From positions 21,998-85,997 of the forward strand of contig JAYWCB010000012.1 of assembly GCA_043780835.1 (NCBI GenBank): DNA of 64,000 nt. The letters run 5' to 3'. A model generated the notes under the pieces. The model searched no databases and was not told the DNA's origin. It saw only the letters and a program-made list of their open reading frames with translations. Origin of the DNA: Minisyncoccota bacterium (GTDB lineage: Bacteria > Patescibacteriota > Minisyncoccia > Phycocordibacterales > UBA2100). A program made the translations under genes and the position numbers. Each line of letters begins with the position of its first letter. The stretch's first letter is position 1. This document shows positions 21,501 to 30,112 of the stretch, one piece after another.

Positions 21501-21648
21501 CCCTGACCACACCGACGGGGATGCTCACTTCCGGGGTCGATTCCTTTGTAATCTTTAACGCGGCAACAATTCCCCACAACGTAAACGCTGCAATCACTAA
21601 AATGGTGAACTGTCGCCGATCGATAAAAAACTTCCACAGTCCGACCAT
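18532..21648 (-). CDS. RND family efflux transporter permease (AcrB/MmpL-like)
   Basis: 1038 aa, 12-TM architecture with two large extracytoplasmic loops; typical AcrB-family N-terminus MVGLWKFFIDRRQFT. Confidence 0.9.
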   Translation of the reverse strand: MVGLWKFFIDRRQFTILVIAAFTLWGIVAALKITKESTPEVSIPVGVVRVVLPGASPEDVERLVTNKIEEHLSNLPNLDTLTSTSYESLSMVVVKFKSNADLNQSIQKLKDEVDKAVPDLPVEAKAPVVSDVNFSDQPIQLISISSDVAPAEFAKLGNGLKNDLQTVKGVNKVDVLGVRDREIQVVVRKEELARLGITLPQVVSAISAANASIPVGSITVADISYAIDFKGSLDDVADIGGIAILNVGGQVVYLRDIADVSDGVTKASSYSRISIQNKPSQQAMTLAIHKVRGDDITAVTAAVKQRLIALQKQGQMLDGSDVVISFDAADDVSKNIRELTRTGLETVALIMLVLFATIGWREALVAGLSIPLSFFIAFVGLLYSGNTFNIVSLFSLILAIGILIDAGIVMVEAIHTRRRLHGDKQRAAIESLHEYAWPLIGGTMATVAFFFPLFFISGIVGKFIASIPFTIIFVLLASIFVALGLVPTIANMFEGGHESELAKRQDVYAERAREWYAKHLRTFLHHRKLQNYFLSAMVIGFVIAILLPILGLMKVSFFPGADGDILFVNIEEPSGTDLNRTDLAAREVEEKLYGMEQVESLVTTVGSQSQFSDTSGMGLSADPRFANITINLIKGHKKTSSQLLTHVKAKLADIHDADVIAGEPSGGPPVGAAVLVKYLGKDQAALNKTISDARLVLEQTPGATAVDSSNKFDGIQYTLSIDRGKLAALGLSPATIASTLRTSVSGATATKLTGGDKDVEIVVSLKLNPTYTDPHDANHTTIDSLRQIPLVTPNGTLVLLGSVITEGVSQSSAAISHESRERIMTLASDVLPGYTSTEVLSAFHKKYPTDKLPTGISEKVGGENEETNKSFAEMGYALIAGLVLTFGILVLSFNSIRFTIYLISIVPLSLIGVFFGLTITFQPLSFPSMMGLIALAGVIINHAIILMDAIIKRLADGHGKTFADIVTEAATTRLRPIILTTLTTVIGMIPLAFAAGLFGPLALSILFGLTFAMILTLVLVPVLVFRWPGKLPEGVTRE

Positions 21649-21650
21649 AA

Positions 21651-23303
21651 TTATTTCGTAGTCACCGTTTGTCCGGCGCGAAGTCCGCGCGCATCGGTAA
21701 CGATGCGCATGTCGGCTGTGACGCCGCTCGCAATGACCACACGGTCACCGAGCAGTGCCCCGAGTGTCACCGCATGGGCAACGAGTACATGACTGTCGTT
21801 CAGCGTGAACACATCCGTTTCGTCCGAACCAATTTTAACGGCGGAGATTGGAACAGTGATTTTCGAAGGATGCGAGGAAATTTTTGCATTTGCGCGCGTT
21901 ATCCCAACAATGACTGATTGACCGTTCACAAGCGTACTACCGTCGGATACTCCGATGCGAACTTCAATCTTCTTTGTAACAGGATCGAGTGCGGGTGCAA
22001 CACGGGTGATGACACCGGAACCGCCGTTTTCGATGGATACCTTACTACCAACAGCAATGTCTCGCGCGTCGTTTTCGGTCACATAGGCGACAATCTCAAG
22101 CGCACCGTTATTAGCAACTGTCAGAACCGGCGTGCTCTGTTGCACATAATCACCACGCTTGATCGAAAATGAATTTATCGTTCCTGAAATCGGAGCGCGG
22201 ATGTAGGTCTTTTCCAAATTTGCTCGCGCAGCGGCAAGCGCTCCCTGTGCCTGCTTCACTACAGCCTGACCGCCGGCGACGTCTTCGGGCTGTGCACCGG
22301 TAACGCCCTGTTCAAGATTTTTTTGCGCAATCGTAATACCTTGTTTCTTTGCCGCAATATTTTCTTTTGCAGACGCAATCGCAGCCAGCGATCCGTTGAG
22401 CGATGCCCGTGCCGCGATGGCATTGGCCTGAAAGGCGGCAAGGCTTGCAGCGGACACTGATCCTGAGGGAACCGCCGCATTAAGCGCCCGGACAATCTGA
22501 TCAAAGAACGCGCGCGCGGCCCGAACTTCGATTTCGGTTTTATTGAGCTCGGAAAGCAGATCCGAGTTTACAGAAAGCACTTTTCCGGACGCCGCTTGTC
22601 TTTCGAGTATCGGGCCCATAGAAAGGCGTACATTGTTAATGGATATGGTGAGTTGTGAATCAGGGTTTGTAATATTGAACGAAGGATTTATGCTATCGGG
22701 ATTTGAAAACATGCTGTCACCCGTCCCGCGAACCGCTCCATCTACAGATGAGTATGCAGATAACAGCGTGTTCACTGCACCTGATTGCGATGATGCAAAA
22801 CCGGATTGAGATGTTTCAACTGATGCCTGAAGAATTGCCTTTTGTTCATTGCGTGTGCCTCCTGCAATTTTAGACAACCCGGCTTGTGCCGCATCAACGG
22901 TGCCCTGGGCAGAGAGCACTCCTGCGTTTTCTGAACTATTTTCGATTGCTGCAACGATGGTGCCTGCACTGACACGATCTCCAAGCGTCCGATTCACACT
23001 GATAATCTGACCTGATTTCTCGGCACGAACGGTTGCTTCAGATTTTGATTGCACGATACCGACGATAGACAATGTCGGTTGATTTGACGATAGTTCGGCA
23101 ACACTTTTCGTCACAACGAGCCTGGCTGCGTTTTCAGGAGCCTCGACGATGGTTTTCGAAGTCAAAAAGTGCGTAGCGCCGAAGATGATCGCAAGAAGCA
23201 CAATTGCGAATGCCGCATTTTTTTTCCAACCATATCGACGCACACGTGTAATAAAACTATCGAATGATCGCTGCACGCGAGAAATAATTGTCTGGTTGTC
23301 CAT
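21651..23303 (-). CDS. Efflux periplasmic adaptor / membrane fusion protein (HlyD family), long coiled-coil type
   Basis: 550 aa. N-terminal TM anchor, Ala/Gln-rich coiled-coil hairpin, C-terminal beta-barrel segments. Immediately upstream of the RND gene. Confidence 0.8.
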   Translation of the reverse strand: MDNQTIISRVQRSFDSFITRVRRYGWKKNAAFAIVLLAIIFGATHFLTSKTIVEAPENAARLVVTKSVAELSSNQPTLSIVGIVQSKSEATVRAEKSGQIISVNRTLGDRVSAGTIVAAIENSSENAGVLSAQGTVDAAQAGLSKIAGGTRNEQKAILQASVETSQSGFASSQSGAVNTLLSAYSSVDGAVRGTGDSMFSNPDSINPSFNITNPDSQLTISINNVRLSMGPILERQAASGKVLSVNSDLLSELNKTEIEVRAARAFFDQIVRALNAAVPSGSVSAASLAAFQANAIAARASLNGSLAAIASAKENIAAKKQGITIAQKNLEQGVTGAQPEDVAGGQAVVKQAQGALAAARANLEKTYIRAPISGTINSFSIKRGDYVQQSTPVLTVANNGALEIVAYVTENDARDIAVGSKVSIENGGSGVITRVAPALDPVTKKIEVRIGVSDGSTLVNGQSVIVGITRANAKISSHPSKITVPISAVKIGSDETDVFTLNDSHVLVAHAVTLGALLGDRVVIASGVTADMRIVTDARGLRAGQTVTTK

Positions 23304-23314
23304 AAAAAATGGTG

Positions 23315-23773
23315 TTACATCGATTTCGGACTGACCTGTCCACGAATAAATTTTTTAAGAATAGTGCACAACGATCCTACCTCGGTTACATCGAGTGTTG
23401 AAAACACATGCCTCATTATCCGCTCAGATTTTGTACGGTACAGTTTTAAAGTCTTTTTTCCAAGCGGTGTAACGGTGAGCCGCACGACACGGCGATCTTG
23501 ACCAATTTCCCGTGCGATCATGCCTCGAGTGACAAGATGCGTAATTAAGGATGTCGCGGACGGTGCCTTGATACGCAAGTAGGCCGCCACAGCGTGCATT
23601 GTCGGTGAATCCATCTGATCAATAAATTGCATCGTCTGCAGATGCATCCACACATTCGGATCCGCTTGCTGTGTACCGGGAAGCTTCTGCTTGATTATCT
23701 GACGCGTTTCGAAAAAGAGCTTTGAGAGCTCTCCATACACGCCAGCTTTCACTGTTTTTTGTGCCGTCTTCAT
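23315..23773 (-). CDS. MarR family transcriptional regulator
   Basis: 152-aa winged-helix protein; first gene of the marR-MFP-RND array. Confidence 0.75.
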   Translation of the reverse strand: MKTAQKTVKAGVYGELSKLFFETRQIIKQKLPGTQQADPNVWMHLQTMQFIDQMDSPTMHAVAAYLRIKAPSATSLITHLVTRGMIAREIGQDRRVVRLTVTPLGKKTLKLYRTKSERIMRHVFSTLDVTEVGSLCTILKKFIRGQVSPKSM

Positions 23774-23826
23774 TACTTAGAAGTCCTAAGTAATCAGTGT
23801 ACTGTACCGCTCAAACATGCACAACC

Positions 23827-24432
23827 TTATTCACGCGTGGTTTCGTTGAGATGCACCGTTGAAAGCAGTGTCTGAAAATCGTCGCGGATACGATCAGTAG
23901 AAGTAATCGAAGTAACGCTGAACATGACTATTTCTTTGTCACGTGGCACAACGATGCTCTCGCCGCGATAGAGGCCATCCCATGCGTACGCATACGCGCT
24001 TATCCCGGAAACCGTCGTCGATGCGATCCGGCCATCCGCTGATCGGGAGAAGTTTGACGCCTGCATGTCTTTAATCCATTGGAGGACAGTGGCAGATGCG
24101 CTTTCAAACGCATACGTATCGACGCGAATGGTCGTCGGACTCTCGCCGTTTTCAGGTGTAGACGACGCTACCTCTGTCGCCGTAAGCACAATCGAGTGGT
24201 GAGTGCGTTGCGTGGCGCTTTCATCCCGCTCGACAAGTTCATAGCGTGCCGGATATATAAAGCTGAGACCTGAGGTCGCATTTTTATACATACGGGTCGC
24301 CGGTATAGTGTCGAGCTGGTTCTCGCCGATGGTGGGACGACTACCGGGCTTTGTCATCAAAAAAAATGCACACGCAACAACACCGATGACCGCCACCAGG
24401 GCGAGCGGACGAAGCATGTCTGATGTTGCCAT
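23827..24432 (-). CDS. Hypothetical membrane-anchored protein
   Basis: N-terminal TM LRPLALVAVIGVVACAFFL; no recognisable domain. Confidence 0.4.
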   Translation of the reverse strand: MATSDMLRPLALVAVIGVVACAFFLMTKPGSRPTIGENQLDTIPATRMYKNATSGLSFIYPARYELVERDESATQRTHHSIVLTATEVASSTPENGESPTTIRVDTYAFESASATVLQWIKDMQASNFSRSADGRIASTTVSGISAYAYAWDGLYRGESIVVPRDKEIVMFSVTSITSTDRIRDDFQTLLSTVHLNETTRE

Positions 24433-24436
24433 ACCA

Positions 24437-25501
24437 CTATGACTCGCTTTCTAACAGCTTTTTAGCGCTTTCAGGCGCAATGAATGAATGGAGCGAGAGC
24501 AGCGAAAGAAGGAGTGCCAGAATCAACGGTCCCAAAAAGATTCCTACCGGACCAAAAAGTGCGAGACCGCCGAGCACTGAAAGAAGAACCAACAACGGAT
24601 GTAATTCCGTGCCGCTGCCCATCAGGCGCGGCCCAATGACGTTATCTATTACGCTCACGCCAAACGACCAGATACTTAACCCGATCGCCGGTGCGGTAGC
24701 ACCTGAAATAAAGAGATATGCAATCGCAGGCACCAATACCAACGCAGTGCCCACCGGGGGAATCAGTGAGACCACGGTCGCGACTAATCCCCAGACAACC
24801 GGGTTTGGAACGCCGAAAATCCCGAGACCGATACCCGCAAGAATTCCCTGCACCGCAGCAATTGCAAGCTTCCCTTTCACCACTGAATTTACGGCGATTT
24901 CCAATTTGCGTACGATTTGTTCGTCGTCGGAATCTTGTAGCGGTGAAAGTTCGACAAGGTATTTCTTAAGACGTGAACCGTCACGAAGTAAGTAATAGAG
25001 TGTCACGAAGAATAAAAACAGATCAAGAAAGAGTGCCGCTATGGACGAAAACGCAGCGCCGATATTTAGCACGAGCCATGACGCACCTTGACGAATATAT
25101 TCATCGAGGCTTTGTGAAATCTCACGCAAAGATTGTGAAGCATTCGGAATGTAATGATTGATCTGCGGCCCGTGAACGATAATCCATTGCGAAAAGACCC
25201 GTTGTGTATCGGTTTCGCTGAGGGAACCATAGAGCGTCTGTGCTTCTTTGAGTAATTGCAGTGACACAAATAAAACGGGAATCAAGACGATGAGAATACT
25301 AATCGCAACCGTTGACAGTGCGGCAAGAGATTCACTCCGCACACGCCGAAGCATGCGCAGGTACACCGGTTGCAATACAACTGCAAATACGGCGCCGAGT
25401 GCGAGCGGGGAGAAAAACGGCTTCACGACCAGAAACGCAATCCATGCAACACCGAGAAGTAAGGCGAGTAAAAAATAATGCTGTGTCGATCCCCCTTTCA
25501 T
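24437..25501 (-). CDS. AI-2E family transporter (UPF0118, PerM/YdiK-like)
   Basis: 354 aa, 8-TM topology with the typical AI-2E layout. Confidence 0.75.
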   Translation of the reverse strand: MKGGSTQHYFLLALLLGVAWIAFLVVKPFFSPLALGAVFAVVLQPVYLRMLRRVRSESLAALSTVAISILIVLIPVLFVSLQLLKEAQTLYGSLSETDTQRVFSQWIIVHGPQINHYIPNASQSLREISQSLDEYIRQGASWLVLNIGAAFSSIAALFLDLFLFFVTLYYLLRDGSRLKKYLVELSPLQDSDDEQIVRKLEIAVNSVVKGKLAIAAVQGILAGIGLGIFGVPNPVVWGLVATVVSLIPPVGTALVLVPAIAYLFISGATAPAIGLSIWSFGVSVIDNVIGPRLMGSGTELHPLLVLLSVLGGLALFGPVGIFLGPLILALLLSLLSLHSFIAPESAKKLLESES

Positions 25502-25538
25502 ATATTCCAGTATAGCAATGCATCGTGTTCAAACCCAC

Positions 25539-28166
25539 TTAGGCAGTGTGCAGGGTGCGAAACAACCATTTTGCCGCCTCCACAATGACGACATTGAGGA
25601 TAAGCCACCCCGCGACAAAAACAATCCATAATAATGAAATGGGTTGAAGGTTGAGCAAATGCCGCAAACCGGAAACCATCATCGACGCGATGAGTAATAC
25701 AACCGCAATGCCAACCCCCCAATTCAACGCGCGATTATCGAAAAGCGGGTATGTGAATAGCGGCGCGTGGAGGCTCTTTATGGAGTAAGAAATCACAAGA
25801 ATGTATCCCGCGAAACAGAGAAAGAGTACGGTGCGCGTTGTTGCAAGATCGACTCCAAAATGCAAAAGGCCCGCGTAAAGCACAAAGAGCAGATACGACG
25901 TCACTATACCGACACCAAACGTGATGTACTGCACCTGCGCACTGAAAATTGCGCCGTGCATTGCCTCTCGTCCAACGTCGCGATTTTCTTCAAACGCGTA
26001 CGCAAGCGCAGGCAGTGAACCGGTAAAAAAGTTTACCCATATAATTTGAATCGCGGTAAGCGGTAGCGGCAATCCCATGACGAGCGATCCGCCGATGAGA
26101 ATCACCTCATCGAGACAATTCGACATCAGGTAGACAAATGTTTTTCGGATGTTTGAAATAATGCGGCGCCCTTCTTCAATGGCAAGTACAATCGTTTCAA
26201 AATTGTCGTCGAGCAGCACGAGGTCTGCTGCGCTTTTTGCGACATCTGTTCCCGATCCAAGTGCGATGCCTATATTGACCGCCTTGAGCGAGGGAGCATC
26301 GTTTACTCCGTCACCGGTCATCGCAACGACTTCTCCGCGCGCTTGAAACATTTTGCCTATTCTGAGCTTATCTTCTGGCGTGACGCGCGCGCATATTCGC
26401 ATCAGCGGCAGTCTGGCCTCAAGTTCTTCATCAGTCAGTTGGCGGATTTCATCGCCGGTCATCACATTACCCTCTTGAATCGTCCACCCGAGTTCTCGAC
26501 CGACGGAAATTGCCGTACCTTTTAAATCGCCGGTAAGCATGACAACGCGCGCACCCTTGCGTTCAATCCGCTCGACGGCATCTTTTGCCTCAGGTCGTAT
26601 CGGATCGTACAGCACAATGATTCCGGAAAAATGCATATTTTTTACCGTGCTCAAATCAATTTTCTTTTTTCCCGCATGTTCGATGCGCGCCACTCCTACG
26701 AGTCGCTTCCCCTCTTCGCTCAATCGCTGCATACGCGCTTCGATCGCTATATATTCGTCTTTGGTAAGCGTGGAGTGTTGTAGGAGAATATCCGGCGCGC
26801 CGAGCGCCACAATATGGCCCGTGTGCGTATCACGTGACGCAGAAAATTTTGCGGTGGAGTTGAACGGCATAACCGTGACGCGCCGATCCCGAATCAGTGC
26901 CAGCACATCCAGTCCTGCTGCGGCGGCGGCGGCGGCAATATTTGTTTCGATCGGTCTGCCGATGAAATGCCATGCGTCGCGATTATCGTTCGGATTTTCT
27001 AACACTGCTTCTGTCGCGAGGACCGCTTCTGACAACAGCTGCGTTTCATCGTGTCCGGATTGTGACGACGGCGCGGTGTCGTGAATCAAATGTGCTTTCG
27101 AGAGAATCCCAATGACCTGCATCTTGGCTTGTGTGAGTGTGCCCGTTTTGTCTGTCATGACGACAGTCGTCGAACCCAGTGTTTCTGCCGCTGAAAGCGA
27201 ACGCATGATGCCGCGCTTCTGTGCAATACGCTCCACACCGACCGCCAAAATGACGGTAAGCGCTATCGGCAACGCCTCGGGCACGGCACCGATTGCGGTC
27301 GCCACTGAGAGCAGCAGCATCTCCAATACGGGTTCGCCCCGGGAAATTCCGAGGAAAAAGAGTCCGGTAACAATTGCGAAGACTCCGCCAAAGATTATCC
27401 AGGCAAGATTGGAAAGAGATTTTTGCAATGGCGTCGAATCATCCTCCGAGGCATTGACTAATTGAGCGATACGACCAATCTCTGTTCGCTCTCCTGTTCC
27501 GACAACAACCGCCGTGCATGAACCCTCAACCACAAGCGAACCAGCAAACGCCATATTGGTGCGCTCTGTTACTTGCGCCCCTTCAGAAACGATATCGATG
27601 TGTTTTTGAACAGGTAGAGATTCACCGGTAAGAAAAGACTCGTCGAGAGACAGACTATTTTCAGAGATCAGACGCATATCAGCGGGCACTCGCACCCCGA
27701 GGGAGAGCCGCACCATATCTCCTGGAACTAAAAAAGATGATTCGATCTCATGCTCATGTCCGTCTCGTATCACGCGCGCACGTTCTTTCATGTAGACCTC
27801 AAGTCGCTCAAGCGTGTTTTCTGCACGATACTCCTGATAGAAACCCAATCCGGAATTCACGAAAACGGCGAGCAGTATGACGAACGTTTCCAGTAACTCA
27901 TTCAGTACTACGGTGATTACCGCAGCAGCAATCAAAATGAAGATTAATGGGCTCATGAATTGACGCACCAGAATCAAAAGCGCACTGATTTTACGACGCG
28001 TACGAATTTCATTTGATCCGAATGATTCCAGTCGAATGAGCGCCTCCTCCTCGCTGAGTCCGCCGCCGCCTGACTTCAATAGTGCGAGCACTTCGTTTTG
28101 GGAATGGGCCCAGGGAAACGTGTCCGGTACGTCTGTGTCCTCATGTACGGTACGATAAAAGGCCAT
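25539..28166 (-). CDS. Cation-translocating P-type ATPase (P2-type, Ca2+/Mg2+-like). The ORF extends to 28337, but the homologous N-terminus starts at ATG 28166 (MAFYRTVHED)
   Basis: N-terminal Cation_ATPase_N segment LSEEEALIRLESFGSNEI, phosphorylation motif DKTGTLT, hinge motif TGDGVNDAPSLK. Confidence 0.9.
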   Translation of the reverse strand: MAFYRTVHEDTDVPDTFPWAHSQNEVLALLKSGGGGLSEEEALIRLESFGSNEIRTRRKISALLILVRQFMSPLIFILIAAAVITVVLNELLETFVILLAVFVNSGLGFYQEYRAENTLERLEVYMKERARVIRDGHEHEIESSFLVPGDMVRLSLGVRVPADMRLISENSLSLDESFLTGESLPVQKHIDIVSEGAQVTERTNMAFAGSLVVEGSCTAVVVGTGERTEIGRIAQLVNASEDDSTPLQKSLSNLAWIIFGGVFAIVTGLFFLGISRGEPVLEMLLLSVATAIGAVPEALPIALTVILAVGVERIAQKRGIMRSLSAAETLGSTTVVMTDKTGTLTQAKMQVIGILSKAHLIHDTAPSSQSGHDETQLLSEAVLATEAVLENPNDNRDAWHFIGRPIETNIAAAAAAAGLDVLALIRDRRVTVMPFNSTAKFSASRDTHTGHIVALGAPDILLQHSTLTKDEYIAIEARMQRLSEEGKRLVGVARIEHAGKKKIDLSTVKNMHFSGIIVLYDPIRPEAKDAVERIERKGARVVMLTGDLKGTAISVGRELGWTIQEGNVMTGDEIRQLTDEELEARLPLMRICARVTPEDKLRIGKMFQARGEVVAMTGDGVNDAPSLKAVNIGIALGSGTDVAKSAADLVLLDDNFETIVLAIEEGRRIISNIRKTFVYLMSNCLDEVILIGGSLVMGLPLPLTAIQIIWVNFFTGSLPALAYAFEENRDVGREAMHGAIFSAQVQYITFGVGIVTSYLLFVLYAGLLHFGVDLATTRTVLFLCFAGYILVISYSIKSLHAPLFTYPLFDNRALNWGVGIAVVLLIASMMVSGLRHLLNLQPISLLWIVFVAGWLILNVVIVEAAKWLFRTLHTA

Positions 28167-28220
28167 GACGAATTTCACTGTCTTGCTAGAGAGTATATCG
28201 CGGCTTGTGAGCGGCGAGTT

Positions 28221-28299
28221 TGTACGACATGTACAAGTGCGACTGAGTGGTTTAAAACTACTCTGCTGCATCTTGACTGCATCTTGACTGCATCTTGAC
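28221..28299. promoter_or_regulatory. Divergent intergenic control region: inverted repeat TTGTAC-N5-GTACAA (28221..28237) plus three perfect tandem copies of the 11-mer TGCATCTTGAC (28267..28299)
   Basis: Read directly from the sequence. 11-bp periodicity equals one helical turn, and each unit contains TTGAC. Lies between the P-type ATPase start (28166, minus) and the sortase start (28379, plus). Confidence 0.5.
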
Positions 28300-28378
28300 A
28301 AAATACTGAGTTGCATTGTGCACCAGGATTTTTTCATGAAAACTTGGTGTTGCGCATGAAGTCGACTACGATCTATTC

Positions 28379-29116
28379 ATGCAGAAGTCATTTGTTGCAT
28401 CACTGACTCTTTCATTCCTCCTTGCTTTTTCTGTCGTCTCATATTTATCTTCCCCTTTTACTGTTCACGTAAATACTGTTCGAGCCGCTGCCGAAGTATT
28501 GCCGGTAACGAATGCCACAACAACATCCACGCTACCATTTTCGAATTTAAATCTGGTCGCATTTATCGAAGTGCAAAATAATATCGCCGCATCATCTTCT
28601 CAATCTGATACCACGTTTACTGCAGCGCAGCGACCAAAAACGCACCAGGCTGTTTTTACTGACCCTCATTCATTTACGACACAAACTGCCCAGCCGGTGC
28701 GCCTCATTATTCCTTCTATAGGGCTCAGTGCTCCGGTGGATTCTGTCGGACTCAATGACAAAGGCGAAATGGATGTGCCGAACGGTGATACGACAGAAGT
28801 GGGTTGGTATAAAAACGGAACCCTTCCGGGCAATGTAGGAAGCGCTGTCATTGATGCGCATGTATTTGCCGCATTTGATCAACTTCAAAATCTGAAAGTC
28901 GGTAGCGAAGTCTATGTGGAAAACGCCGACGGTGCTCGACTGAAATTCGTCGTCAGCGACAGCCGGATTTACAAACTCGGCGAACTCACGTCGGGTATGC
29001 TATTCGGCAAGCACGATGCACGCCGCCTCAATCTGATCACATGTGCCGGTGCACCCACATCTGATGGATCCACATACACACATCGCCTCGTGGTGTACAC
29101 AACGCTCGCCGCATAA
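28379..29116 (+). CDS. Sortase (class F-like transpeptidase)
   Basis: N-terminal membrane anchor, conserved His region, and the catalytic TLxTC-type motif LNLITCAG. Confidence 0.8.
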   Translation: MQKSFVASLTLSFLLAFSVVSYLSSPFTVHVNTVRAAAEVLPVTNATTTSTLPFSNLNLVAFIEVQNNIAASSSQSDTTFTAAQRPKTHQAVFTDPHSFTTQTAQPVRLIIPSIGLSAPVDSVGLNDKGEMDVPNGDTTEVGWYKNGTLPGNVGSAVIDAHVFAAFDQLQNLKVGSEVYVENADGARLKFVVSDSRIYKLGELTSGMLFGKHDARRLNLITCAGAPTSDGSTYTHRLVVYTTLAA

Positions 29117-29121
29117 AAGAA

Positions 29122-29150
29122 AAGCCCCGGATTGCTCCGGGACTTTTTTA
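29122..29150. terminator. Bidirectional rho-independent terminator between convergent genes
   Basis: AAAGCCCCGGATTGCTCCGGGACTTTTTT: stem CCCGGA/TCCGGG with an A-run before and a T-run after. Confidence 0.6.
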
Positions 29151-29158
29151 AAAGTGAC

Positions 29159-29875
29159 TTAGTACAATTCAATGCCGTCCTTCGGTGAAGGAAATGTGTC
29201 ATCGCCCACGAGCGCCCATGCGGGAGCTTTCGATACAATCATGCCGTTTATTCTGCCTCGAAACTGATGATCGCAATCTGGGAGTTCTACGAGTTCACGC
29301 TTCGAGGCTGATGTAGACATGTCATAGAACTCTTTGCCTGCATCAGATCCTACGACCGTATCGCACATACCCTGCAGGATATAGACCTCACCGGTAAAGG
29401 ATCCGAGATTCCTCCGTATAGTTTCCATACCGGCATTGCCGGACGGCGCACACAATAGAATCTTTTGTATCAGTCGGTTTGAGCGCGCAACGACAGCACA
29501 GGCACTTGCACCCGCGGAAAATCCCATGAGACATATCTGCGGCTCTAGCGTACCGGATAGTTGCATACGATTTCTGATTGCGTGAGCAACCACGGATTGT
29601 AAATCAGCGACGATTGCCGAGCCATACTCGGGGTCGGGATACGGGTTGTTCGGCATTTGTACACACGCGGTAATTCCCTGACTACTCAGATGACGCGATA
29701 AGGTCAAATATTTATTATTATATCCGTGCATGCTTTCGGAATTTCTGCCCGGCATGACAATAAGAATTCGTCCGGACAACGGCGCGCAGTGCATGAGCAC
29801 CGATAAATTTCCGGCATGCGGTAACAGGCTTACCGTATCGAGTATTTCACGTATTTCCATGACGCGCCCTTTCAA
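29159..29875 (-). CDS. Alpha/beta hydrolase fold protein
   Basis: GFSAGA nucleophile-elbow (GxSxG) motif; 238 aa. Confidence 0.6.
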   Translation of the reverse strand: MKGRVMEIREILDTVSLLPHAGNLSVLMHCAPLSGRILIVMPGRNSESMHGYNNKYLTLSRHLSSQGITACVQMPNNPYPDPEYGSAIVADLQSVVAHAIRNRMQLSGTLEPQICLMGFSAGASACAVVARSNRLIQKILLCAPSGNAGMETIRRNLGSFTGEVYILQGMCDTVVGSDAGKEFYDMSTSASKRELVELPDCDHQFRGRINGMIVSKAPAWALVGDDTFPSPKDGIELY

Positions 29876-29936
29876 CTACCGTGGACATTGATTCGCTGGG
29901 GCGACTATGCCACAGCAAACTGCTTGTGACAAATAA

Positions 29937-29966
29937 ACGACCTCGAGGTTATTCCTCGAGGTCGTG
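29937..29966 (-). terminator. Strong 12-bp-stem hairpin followed by a T-rich tract on the minus strand
   Basis: ACGACCTCGAGG-TTATT-CCTCGAGGTCGT; on the minus strand it is followed by TTTATTTGTC. About 150 nt downstream of the stop of the 30113..31177 ORF. Confidence 0.5.
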
Positions 29967-30112
29967 AATGTCGCAGATTTACGGAACTCTTTCAGGCTGC
30001 TTCACCGGTTCTTTCACAGGCGGTTGTGCCGGTGCCGGATCATCGTATGCAGGATTCGGGACTGACTCCGGAATGTCGATGGGCATCGACCCCGGTTGAT
30101 GAGCTCGTGTCA

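Noticed and set aside
26539-27084. 181-aa plus-strand ORF inside the P-type ATPase gene
   Set aside because: Ser/Ala/Arg-rich antisense translation opposite the region encoding the DKTGTLT and nucleotide-binding domains; no independent support.
28267-28299. CRISPR array or mobile-element terminal repeat
   Set aside because: Only three contiguous 11-bp units with no spacers and no cas or transposase genes nearby. The location in a divergent promoter favours a regulatory role.
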